Translations under genes and position numbers: made by a program
Assembly (NCBI GenBank): GCA_040954595.2
Contig: CM082591.2
Span: 607,782-671,781, forward strand
Direction of reading: 5' to 3'
DNA: 64,000 bases
Source of the DNA: Balanoglossus misakiensis
Lineage: Eukaryota > Animalia > Hemichordata
Notes under the pieces: generated by a model
Seen by the model: only the letters and a program-made list of their open reading frames with translations
Told to the model about the DNA's origin: nothing
The model's database searches: none
Shown: piece after piece, positions 39,969 through 51,500 of the stretch
Layout of the letters: every line of letters starts with the position of its first letter
Numbering within the stretch: position 1 is the stretch's first letter

Positions 39969-40752
39969 CTGTAAGGGAAAATAAGGGAACAGGAATGACA
40001 TAAATTATCTTCAAAACTTCAGCTTGATACACTTAGTATTCAAAACAGAGGTGGCAGTTCTACAGGCTCGTCATCATATTATAATCAGACAAATCCTCAA
40101 ATATTGGACAATCAAAAGAGAAATAGTTGATTTCAAAGATTTTTCGTTTGTCTGGGTCTGTGTTTGAAAATAAATTAAACTTCCAAAGAATTGTCCGCTA
40201 TTCATGAGATCGGCTGTCAAAATGGCGCAAACAATTATAAAATTGTGAACGGGAAGTCGTGTAAAGAGAAGTGACACATGCACGTAGACCGTTCTTTTCT
40301 ATAATAAGGGAATTTCGAACCACAAAATAATTGTCAAAAGAAATGAGATGAACCCTTAAAGGTCAGTGACATATACATCGGTTAGGTTTCATATTTTCGA
40401 AAGGTCATTTGTCTTACTTAATAAATGAAAAATAAATGAATTCATAACAAGAACTCAACTACAGCAATTGAAGCAGTCAATCTCAAAATTGAATTAAGCC
40501 TATATTTAAACAAAGTAATAAGCCGGTCAGTTTATCATTACACTGTGATTGGATCAATTTCCTCTCATGATTTCTTGACAACTTGGAGGCAAAAGTCAAT
40601 AAAAAAAGATAATGAATAATCAAGCCAAGAAACGCCGATTACTTCCTAATTTTGTTAGTGTGACAATGCTCAGGCTGGCGGTGGGTAAAGTCACATTGAA
40701 ACATTATTTTTTGTTGTGGTTTTACAAAGATAAACTAACGTTAGATGCATAC

Positions 40753-40956
40753 CATGTTGCCAGTGTCGCCAGTAATTATAAATGACGTCACAGTCCTCAG
40801 AGAAGATTTGTCGAAAAGACTCTTCAGATCCTGTGAATGCCTTGATGTCGTCTTCTTTGATGGCGTCGATGAGAGGGGAAATGGCGGGCAGTGCAAATTT
40901 GTCGTTGGCATAGCGACACCACCGAACGAAGTCCCTTGACGTCCATTTGTTTAAAT
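40753..40956 (-). CDS. PNT-only gene B (SPDEF-like Pointed domain), core exon
   Basis: Minus-strand acceptor tttttcctttccgtag and donor G|GTATGC. Encodes DLNKWTSRDFVRWCRYANDKFALPAISPLIDAIKEDDIKAFTGSEESFRQIFSEDCDVIYNYWRHWQH. Confidence 0.75.
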
Positions 40957-41207
40957 CTACGGAAAGGAAAAATCAGTCAAACTTGGTAACTACATGGTAT
41001 ATCTAGTTAACTTTGACGTAATTCGGTCTGTGAACTTTTGAATCATGTGTTTGAGTAACTTATTAGGGTTGACTTCGACTCGAACAAGTGACTAATATAA
41101 AAAAAATATTTTGACACTCGAGTGATGGTGGAAAGGGTTACGCAAAACGGAAGCGTTCAATGTCGTTCAAGGGGAATCACTCTAGTGACTCAGCAGTCGG
41201 TCCTTAC

Positions 41208-41310
41208 CTTTTGATAAGCCGTGTTTTTCACATGCTTCTTGTATATCTGCCCGCATGGCTCGAGTTTTGTAATTCTCCACGGCTTCGGTTATAATGTGGT
41301 CGTCGTCCAT
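41208..41310 (-). CDS. PNT-only gene B, first coding exon
   Basis: Minus-strand acceptor tattttacag then ATG at 41310. Encodes MDDDHIITEAVENYKTRAMRADIQEACEKHGLSK+G, donor GTAAGG. The DIQEAC resembles SPDEF DIETAC. Confidence 0.75.
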
Positions 41311-42334
41311 GTCACAAGATCTGTAAAATACATGTTACAAAGAATTAGTGTAAAGAGCTATCTACTGGTTTAGAACGGAGGGAGACTGTCGCACGCAGAC
41401 CTGTATCTTCTTGTAATTCCCAAACCGAAGGTAATCCCTGATGTACATATGCACACAGGAATGTCACACTGTACAACTTGTTTTGCGCATTCTGTACCCT
41501 GCGCAAATGTATATGTTTTGATTCTGAAATGATGTTTTAACTAAATATCACCCTGTCTCATGCCGCAGTTTTTCAACGTAACCAAAATGTGTGTACACCG
41601 AGCTACTTTGTCTCTTCACATTCTGAGTACACGCATGTCTACATTTCTGGAAAGAAATCAAGTTCGCTCCATGAGTTCAAACCACATAAACTCACGCTCA
41701 GAACCTCCACAGCCTTGTGTATTCTTAATAAAAGGAACCAAAACTTCATTGTTTCATTTCTGCTCTATCGTGCTTCTCCATGCGCTATTAATGGCCACGG
41801 GATTCCCCACCTCACTGCGCATGCGTTCAGTTTGGGAAATCCCATCCCATCTCCACCTGGAGTCCCGCAAGGTCTGTCTTTTAATGTTTAACTTCATCAC
41901 ACAATTTGAAAGTTTGTATTCTCGAAATCTACGCCGGCCAATGTAACAATATGAAGCTCATTTTCTGAAGAAGAAAAAAACTTGAAGAAACCCATTGATG
42001 CAATCACAGTGAAGACAAAAGGGTATGGCAAAATACTGAAGTTATAAAATTATATAACACGCCTCTTGAATTAAACAAAATGTTTGAAATTTCAAAAATG
42101 TCGTCTGCACATACGGGTACCTTGAATGGTCGAGTGACCGAAATGTCGGTAGCTTTCAAACACACTGCAGATCCGAAGCAACAACGTTAACGAAAAAGTT
42201 TAGTTGCCAATAACTTTCATACAAGATAAGCCTGACAAAAGTTCGATGATTTCATTTGAATTACTGTCACGTGAATTCATCAGGGAAACTTTTGCTTTGT
42301 CATCACCGTTGGCAAATAGCCACTTGTGCAATTT

Positions 42335-42560
42335 ACTTACCAGTTGAAGACACGGTAAGTGATGCAAAGACTTTCGATCGTCGCCAAGTCACCTAGGCTT
42401 TTGGTCTTCGCTGACACTTCTCTGCCCGGGTGTCCGGAGTTGGCAGCGATATCAGATTTTGGACAATTTTCTGGGACAGTAAGCAAGCATTGAATCTCAG
42501 TGCGGGTTTATAGCGTCATCTTGTGAACACCACAGCTATTTGGGGGAATCCCCTTCCTGG
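42335..42560 (-). promoter_or_regulatory. Putative 5' UTR exon and promoter of gene B
   Basis: Minus-strand donor G|GTAAGT (acttacc, 42335-42341), TATAAA (tttata, 42507-42512), kB-like GGGGAATCCCC (42543-42553) and an abutting ETS core CAGGAAG. Confidence 0.5.
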
Positions 42561-44168
42561 CACCTTTCTACTAAACTTCAATAGGGTACGATAGCCTATG
42601 CGTTTATTTTGTACACACTATTATCACGAATGATAATTCCTGATCGAGCCCTCATCGAAACGGTGGGCAAAGTAACTTTACGTCTGCAAGTGAAAATGAT
42701 TTTTTGAGAAAAAGAATCTTGACTTTTTGAAGTGATAATGCAAGACCATGCATGCGGATTATTTATCATTGTTATGTAATTTTCTTGTCGTAGTTTGTAG
42801 AAGTGACGGAGACCGGCCGGGGCGAAGTGAACAGCCATGGAAGGCCTATCCTTATTGGTTGTTACAGCACTCATGAATCTGTTACGCATTCAAGAGTGAA
42901 TTGAAAAGGTACTGACCAATCGTAAACACCGTTACAAGGCCACTGCACACTACCCGAGAGTGACTGGAATAGTGAGGGAAATCTATTGTCTACAGTCATT
43001 ACACGAGTCAAAGATCCTTTCTTGTACAACAGATGCTTGGCCTTTGAGTGGAAGTGGCCAACCAATCAAATCTCGGCTTTTTCGGGACTGAATGGTGAAA
43101 TGTTTAAATGTAATGCAGTGCGAAAAATTAACCACAGGAAGAAACGACCAACTTCTTACTCAATGATCATGTTTTACCTTCGCACCATATGCCACAATAT
43201 GCCACAATCCCCCTCCTACCACCAACCCCCAGAAATCAAATGGTTCCCCCCTTGTAATCGCTCAACCCATGTTGTGTTGAATTTTCGTCATTTCGTTCAG
43301 CTGGGTGTAATCATTCTCACTCAACTCGGATAGCAATTTGCCTCCGTGGTCACTTGCCCAATATGTGCCGAGGGCGTCCCCTGCAAAAAGAGGAAGTTCA
43401 ACTGAGTTTAATACGAATCGAGTGATCTGCGCATGACAGGACTTGTACCCGACTTGCACACAACCGCCTATTTTGAATCAAAACACTAAACAAATCGGTT
43501 TTCGTTGTCACTGCACGTTGTCATTGGAGATAGTTTGAACATTTACACCTAATTTAATTCTAAATCTTGGGAAGCTGGTGTGTGCGCGCGCCTGGGTAGT
43601 GGTAGGCATAGTAACCAGCAAGTGGCTTTTTCAGTGATAATCTAATCGAGTATTGCTTACTGAGGCAAAGCAGGTGGGTAGAGTTAACCATATTCAATTT
43701 TCAGAGGGGAAAAAACAGCCACTTTCTTACAATATTGTCATTCTTGTTGTTGCACGTTGTTTGTACATGTCTAGGGCTTACATTTTACACAGAATATATT
43801 TGTGAAACGTATGCAACTTCTTGCAGCTACGAATTCAGCGGAGACTCATTTACGTTCACTGTTGCTTTTGTTTTCGAGTTTTGTTGCGAGTCGCCAGATT
43901 TGTAAACAATGAACGGTTTCAAATCATTGTTCCGCTTTTTGAATGACGTCACACTGTGACGCTGAACAGGGTATCGTGTGAGTCGCGCAAGTAACACCAC
44001 CATGGCATAGCTGTGAATCTTGCAATATGGAATGAAGTCAAACATAAGAACACTATTTTAATTTCTAATGGTAATTGATGAATTACAGGGATTTGACATT
44101 ATTTTGGTTATTAATGATTTTCTTTTCTTTTGACAGCTGATACCTTCAGACAAAGTACGCCACCGACG

Positions 44169-44295
44169 ATGGAGAAGAGTAAGAATGACATGACGTATGA
44201 AGAAGGAGCGAATACGGCATCGTCACAAACGGACTTTTGCGATCTCGACACCAAGGAAAATTTATCATCAGCTGGAAAATCAATCTTTCCGAAAG
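44169..44295 (+). CDS. PNT-only gene C (Mae/Edl-like), first identified coding exon
   Basis: Strong acceptor ttttcttttcttttgacag (44136). ATG 44169 gives MEKSKNDM...SIFPK+G, donor GTATGA, phase 1. The frame is also open from 44137, so an upstream coding exon is possible. Confidence 0.7.
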
Positions 44296-44743
44296 GTATG
44301 ATATTTTGTGTTGTCCGAGAAAGAACCAGATTTTCTCTGAAAGCTCCAGAAAGTGCCATGTGTTTAAAGCAAATTAGATGCAACTTTTTTTTTCTTTGAT
44401 ATGCCGCCACATAATGTGATAGATTCGCCGACCCAATCAATCAATTAAACAATAAATCAATGAGAACGATTACGCCTAATGCGAATTTCACTCATACGCT
44501 GCGTTACTGGAAATGAAAATTTTGGTCCTGAAATACCGTTCCCTGTATAGATTTTTCAACATTAATGAAATATAAAACAGATGGAAACTATTAAAGTGTC
44601 ACGTGATCAGTCCGATCGATCAACACATCGAATCGGCTGAGATTTTAAACCATTCATAAGATTTCCTCTAGTGATTTTAATCCCACACTAGCTCTGGCAT
44701 GGAAAATTTAATTTCAACACAAAAAAACTATTCCCTATTCTAG

Positions 44744-44997
44744 ATCCCCGTGACTGGTCGCGGGAACACGTGACAGAATGGTTGCTCTGGGCGAAAAAAC
44801 ACTACAAGCTGCAAACGTGCCCGGAAGTTGAGAAGTTCAGCATGAATGGAATGGGACTTGTATACTTGTCCAAAGAAGGTTTTTTGAGAAGGGTGCCCTC
44901 TGGAGGGGACAAACTCTTCGACGACTTTCGTAGGCGATTTGTGTACGCCATTTTGAAAAACCAGAGAATCAGTCAAAAGGAACGAAAGGAAAAATAA
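44744..44997 (+). CDS. PNT-only gene C (Mae/Edl-like SAM-Pointed protein, ~126 aa total), last coding exon
   Basis: ttccctattctag| acceptor. Encodes DPRDWSREHVTEWLLWAKKHYKLQTCPEVEKFSMNGMGLVYLSKEGFLRRVPSGGDKLFDDFRRRFVYAILKNQRISQKERKEK*, a canonical PNT domain with no ETS domain. Confidence 0.9.
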
Positions 44998-45274
44998 GAA
45001 GTTTAATTCTGCCAGTTTATATCAAGAACGTCAATTACCTTTTCAGACAGGTGTCGGATATATTTGCATGTGTAGTTCCTTCAGTCTACACGATATTAAT
45101 TTGTTGCAAAAGCTGTATTTGGATAAGACTTTCACTCGTTTATTGTTCTATGTCTTAAGAGTTTGCGGCCAACTAAAACTTTGGCGATTTCTCCAATTTG
45201 CATCGATCGCGACCTCTGCAAACCCCTAGCAGAACATGATTCTCAGAATACAAAGACCGATGGAAAATTGGTGA

Positions 45275-45545
45275 ATATGAGTCAAAATTCATGCCAATGA
45301 CTTCAAAAAAACAAAATTAGCAAAATTCACAAAGTTAAGAACCATGAAAATGCCAAAATGACCAAGGTTCACCAAATCAAGAATTTTTCATTTTTGAGCT
45401 TGTATGACCTATGACCCACTCATATGACATTAAAACGCCAACATGAGCAAAAATCACAAAGTCAAGAATTTGTCATTTTTTGAGCGTGTATGAGCTAATA
45501 GATCATACATATCACATTTAAGTCGAGAATTTGTCATTTTTCGAC
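45275..45545. repeat. Degenerate satellite-related units at the array edge
   Basis: Diverged echoes of the unit, e.g. cacaaagtcaagaatttgtcattttttgagcgtgtatgagctaata and agtcgagaatttgtcatttt. Confidence 0.65.
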
Positions 45546-48500
45546 ATTTTCATGAGCTAATACCCATGATTTTTTCAAAAATCGGCCAAATTTTGAAATT
45601 CCGCAAAGTCGAAAAATTCTCATTTTGGGATGATTTTCATGAGCTATAACCCATGATTTTTTCAAAAATCGGCCAAATTTTGAAATTCCGCGAAGTCGAA
45701 AAATTCTCATTTTGGGATGATTTTCATGAGCTATAACCCATGATTTTTTCAAAAATCGGCCAAATTTTGAAATTCCGCAAAGTCGAAAAATTCTCATTTT
45801 GGGATGATTTTCATGAGCTATAACCCATGATTTTTTCAAAAATCGGCCAAATTTTGAAATTCCGCAAAGTCGAAAAATTCTCATTTTGGGATGATTTTCA
45901 TGAGCTATAACCCATGATTTTTTCAAAAATCGGCCAAATTTTGAAATTCCGCAAAGTCGGAAAATTCTCATTTCGGGATGATTTTCATGAGCTATAACCC
46001 ATGATTTTTTCAAAAATCGGCCAAATTTTGAAATTCCGCAAAGTCGGAAAATTCTCATTTTGGGATGATTTTCATGAGCTATAACCCATGATTTTTTCAA
46101 AAATCGGCCAAATTTTGAAATTCCGCAAAGTCGAAAAATTCTCATTTTGGGATGATTTTCATGAGCTATAACCCATGATTTTTTCAAAAATCGGCCAAAT
46201 TTTGAAATTCCGCAAAGTCGAAAAATTCTCATTTTGGGATGATTTTCATGAGCTATAACCCATGATTTTTTCAAAAATCGGCCAAATTTTGAAATTCCGC
46301 AAAGTCGGAAAATTCTCATTTCGGGATGATTTTCATGAGCTATAACCCATGATTTTTTCAAAAATCGGCCAAATTTTGAAATTCCGCAAAGTCGGAAAAT
46401 TCTCATTTTGGGATGATTTTCATGAGCTATAACCCATGATTTTTTCAAAAATCGGCCAAATTTTGAAATTCCGCAAAGTCGGAAAATTCTCATTTTGGGA
46501 TGATTTTCATGAGCTATAACCCATGATTTTTTCAAAAATCGGCCAAATTTTGAAATTCCGCAAAGTCGGAAAATTCTCATTTTGGGATGATTTTCATGAG
46601 CTATAACCCATGATTTTTTCAAAAATCGGCCAAATTTTGAAATTCCGCAAAGTCGGAAAATTCTCATTTTGGAATGATTTTCATGAGCTATAACCCATGA
46701 TTTTTTCAAAAATCGGCCAAATTTTGAAATTCCGCAAAGTCGGAAAATTCTCATTTTGGGATGATTTTCATGAGCTATAACCCATGATTTTTTCAAAAAT
46801 CGGCCAAATTTTGAAATTCCGCAAAGTCGGAAAATTCTCATTTTGGGATGATTTTCATGAGCTATAACCCAGGATTTTTTCGAAAATCGGCCAAATTTTG
46901 AAATTCCGCAAAGTCGAAAAATTCTCATTTTGGGATGATTTTCATGAGCTATAACCCATGATTTTTTCGAAAATCGGCCAAATTTTGAAATTCCGCAAAG
47001 TCGGAAAATTCTCATTTTGGGATGATTTTCATGAGCTATAACCCATGATTTTTTCAAAAATCGGCCAAATTTTGAAATTCCGCAAAGTCGGAAAATTCTC
47101 ATTTTGGGATGATTTTCATGAGCTATAACCCATGATTTTTTCAAAAATCGGCCAAATTTTGAAATTCCGCAAAGTCGGAAAATTCTCATATTGGGATGAT
47201 TTTCATGAGCTATAACCCATGATTTTTTCAAAAATCGGCCAAATTTTGAAATTCCGCAAAGTCGAAAAATTCTCATTTTGGGATGATTTTCATGAGCTAT
47301 AACCCATGATTTTTTCAAAAATCGGCCAAATTTTGAAATTCCGCAAAGTCGGAAAATTCTCATTTTGGGATGATTTTCATGAGCTATAACCCATGATTTT
47401 TTCAAAAATCGGCCAAATTTTGAAATTCCGCAAAGTCGGAAAATTCTCATTTTGGGATGATTTTCATGAGCTATAACCCATGATTTTTTCAAAAATCGGC
47501 CAAATTTTGAAATTCCGCAAAGTCGGAAAATTCTCATTTTGGGATGATTTTCATGAGCTATAACCCAGGATTTTTTCGAAAATCGGCCAAATTTTGAAAT
47601 TCCGCAAAGTCGAAAAATTCTCATTTTGGGATGATTTTCATGAGCTATAACCCATGATTTTTTCGAAAATCGGCCAAATTTTGAAATTCCGCAAAGTCGG
47701 AAAATTCTCATTTTGGGATGATTTTCATGAGCTATAACCCATGATTTTTTCAAAAATCGGCCAAATTTTGAAATTCCGCAAAGTCGGAAAATTCTCATTT
47801 TGGGATGATTTTCATGAGCTATAACCCATGATTTTTTCAAAAATCGGCCAAATTTTGAAATTCCGCAAAGTCGGAAAATTCTCATATTGGGATGATTTTC
47901 ATGAGCTATAACCCATGATTTTTTCAAAAATCGGCCAAATTTTGAAATTCCGCAAAGTCGAAAAATTCTCATTTTGGGATGATTTTCATGAGCTATAACC
48001 CATGATTTTTTCAAAAATCGGCCAAATTTTGAAATTCCGCAAAGTCGGAAAATTCTCATTTTGGGATGATTTTCATGAGCTATAACCCATGATTTTTTCA
48101 AAAATCGGCCAAATTTTGAAATTCCGCAAAGTCGGAAAATTCTCATTTTGGGATGATTTTCATGAGCTATAACCCATGATTTTTTCAAAAATCGGCCAAA
48201 TTTTGAAATTCCGCAAAGTCGGAAAATTCTCATTTTGGGATGATTTTCATGAGCTATAACCCATGATTTTTTCAAAAATCGGCCAAATTTTGAAATTCCG
48301 CAAAGTCGGAAAATTCTCATTTTGGGATGATTTTCATGAGCTATAACCCATGATTTTTTCAAAAATCGGCCAAATTTTGAAATTCCGCAAAGTCGGAAAA
48401 TTCTCATTTTGGGATGATTTTCATGAGCTATAACCCATGATTTTTTCAAAAATCGGCCAAATTTTGAAATCCCGCAAAGTCGGAAAATTCTCATTTTGGG

Positions 48501-51500
48501 ATGATTTTCATGAGCTATAACCCATGATTTTTTCAAAAATCGGCCAAATTTTGAAATCCCGCAAAGTCGGAAAATTCTCATTTTGGGATGATTTTCATGA
48601 GCTATAACCCATGATTTTTTTAAAAATCGGCCAAATTTTGAAATTCCGCAAAGTCGGAAAATTCTCATTTTGGGATGATTTTCATGAGCTATAACCCATG
48701 ATTTTTTCAAAAATCGGCCAAATTTTGAAATTCCGCAAAGTCGAAAAATTCTCATTTTGGGATGATTTTCATGAGCTATAACCCATGATTTTTTAAAAAA
48801 TCGGCCAAATTTTGAAATTCCGCAAAGTCGAAAATTCTCATTTTGGGATAATTTTCATGAGCTATAACCCATGATTTTTTCAATAATCCGCCAAATTTTG
48901 AAATTCCGCAAAGTCGGAAAATTCTCATTTTGGGATGATTTTCATGAGCTATAACCCATGATTTTTTCAAAAATCGGCCAAATTTTGAAATTCCGCAAAG
49001 TCGGAAAATTCTCATTTTGGGATGATTTTCATGAGCTATAACCCATGATTTTTTCAAAAATCGGCCAAATTTTGAAATTCCGCAAAGTCGAAAAATTCTC
49101 ATTTTGGGATGATTTTCATGAGCTATAACCCATGATTTTTTCAAAAATCGGCCAAATTTTGAAATCCCGCAAAGTCGGAAAATTCTCATTTTGGGATGAT
49201 TTTCATGAGCTATAACCCATGATTTTTTCAAAAATCGGCCAAATTTTGAAATTCCGCAAAGTCGGACAATTCTCATTTTGGGATGATTTTCATGAGCTAT
49301 AACCCATGATTTTTTCAAAAATCGGCCAAATTTTGAAATTCCGCAAAGTCGGAAAATTCTCATTTTGGGATGATTTTCATGAGCTATAACCCATGATTTT
49401 TTCAAAAATCGGCCAAATTTTGAAATTCCGCAAAGTCGAAAAATTCTCATTTTGGGATGATTTTCATGAGCTATAACCCATGATTTTTTCAAAAATCGGC
49501 CAAATTTTGAAATTCCGCAAACTCGAAAATTCTCATTTTGGGATGATTTTCATGAGCTATAACCCATGATTTTTTCAAAAATCGGCCAAATTTTGAAATT
49601 CCGCAAAGTCGGACAATTCTCATTTTGGGATGATTTTCATGAGCTATAACCCATGATTTTTTCAAAAATCGGCCAAATTTTGAAATTCCGCAAAGTCGGA
49701 CAATTCTCATTTTGGGATGATTTTCATGAGCTATAACCCATGATTTTTTCAAAAATCGGCCAAATTTTGAAATTCCGCAAAGTCGAAAAATTCTCATTTT
49801 GGGATGATTTTCATGAGCTATAACCCATGATTTTTTCAAAAATCGGCCAAATTTTGAAATTCCGCAAAGTCGGAAAATTCTCATTTTGGGATGATTTTCA
49901 TGAGCTATAACCCATGATTTTTTCAAAAATCGGCCAAATTTTGAAATTCCGCAAAGTCGGAAAATTCTCATTTTGGGATGATTTTCATGAGCTATAACCC
50001 ATGATTTTTTCAAAAATCGGCCAAATTTTGAAATTCCGCAAAGTCGGAAAATTCTCATTTTGGGATGATTTTCATGAGCTATAACCCATGATTTTTTCAA
50101 AAATCGGCCAAATTTTGAAATTCCGCAAAGTCGGAAAATTCTCATTTTGGGATGATTTTCATGAGCTATAACCCATGATTTTTTCAAAAATCGGCCAAAT
50201 TTTGAAATTCCGCAAAGTCGGAAAATTCTCATTTTGGGATGATTTTCATGAGCTATAACCCATGATTTTTTCAAAAATCGGCCAAATTTTGAAATTCCGC
50301 AAAGTCGGAAAATTCTCATTTTGGGATGATTTTCATGAGCTATAACCCATGATTTTTTCAAAAATCGGCCAAATTTTGAAATTCCGCAAAGTCGGAAAAT
50401 TCTCATTTTGGGATGATTTTCATGAGCTATAACCCATGATTTTTTCAAAAATCGGCCAAATTTTGAAATTCCGCAAAGTCGGAAAATTATCATTTTGGGA
50501 TGATTTTCATGAGCTATAACCCATGATTTTTTAAAAAATCGGCCAAATTTTGAAATTCCGCAAAGTCGAAAAATTCTCATTTTGGGATGATTTTCATGAG
50601 CTATAACCCATGATTTTTTCAAAAATCGGCCAAATTTTGAAATTCCGCAAAGTCGAAAATTCTCATTTTGGGATGATTTTCATGAGCTATAACCCATGAT
50701 TTTTTCAATAATCCGCCAAATTTTGAAATTCCGCAAAGTCGGAAAATTCTCATTTTGGGATGATTTTCATGAGCTATAACCCATGATTTTTTCAAAAATC
50801 GGCCAAATTTTGAAATTCCGCAAAGTCGGAAAATTCTCATTTTGGGATGATTTTCATGAGCTATAACCCATGATTTTTTCAAAAATCGGCCAAATTTTGA
50901 AATTCCGCAAAGTCGGAAAATTCTCATTTTGGGATGATTTTCATGAGCTATAACCCATGATTTTTTCAAAAATCGGCCAAATTTTGAAATTCCGCAAAGT
51001 CGAAAAATTCTCATTTTGGGATGATTTTCATGAGCTATAACCCATGATTTTTTCAAAAATCGGCCAAATTTTGAAATTCCGCAAAGTCGAAAATTCTCAT
51101 TTTGGGATAATTTTCATGAGCTATAACCCATGATTTTTTCAATAATCCGCCAAATTTTGAAATTCCGCAAAGTCGGAAAATTCTCATTTTGGGATGATTT
51201 TCATGAGCTATAACCCATGATTTTTTCAAAAATCGGCCAAATTTTGAAATTCCGCAAAGTCGGAAAATTCTCATTTTGGGATGATTTTCATGAGCTATAA
51301 CCCATGATTTTTTCAAAAATCGGCCAAATTTTGAAATTCCGCAAAGTCGGAAAATTCTCATTTTGGGATGATTTTCATGAGCTATAACCCATGATTTTTT
51401 CAAAAATCGGCCAAATTTTGAAATTCCGCAAAGTCGGAAAATTCTCATTTTGGGATGATTTTCATGAGCTATAACCCATGATTTTTTCAAAAATCGGCCA

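Noticed and set aside
40745-40939. Plus-strand 64-aa ORF
   Set aside because: Antisense shadow of the gene B core exon on the minus strand.
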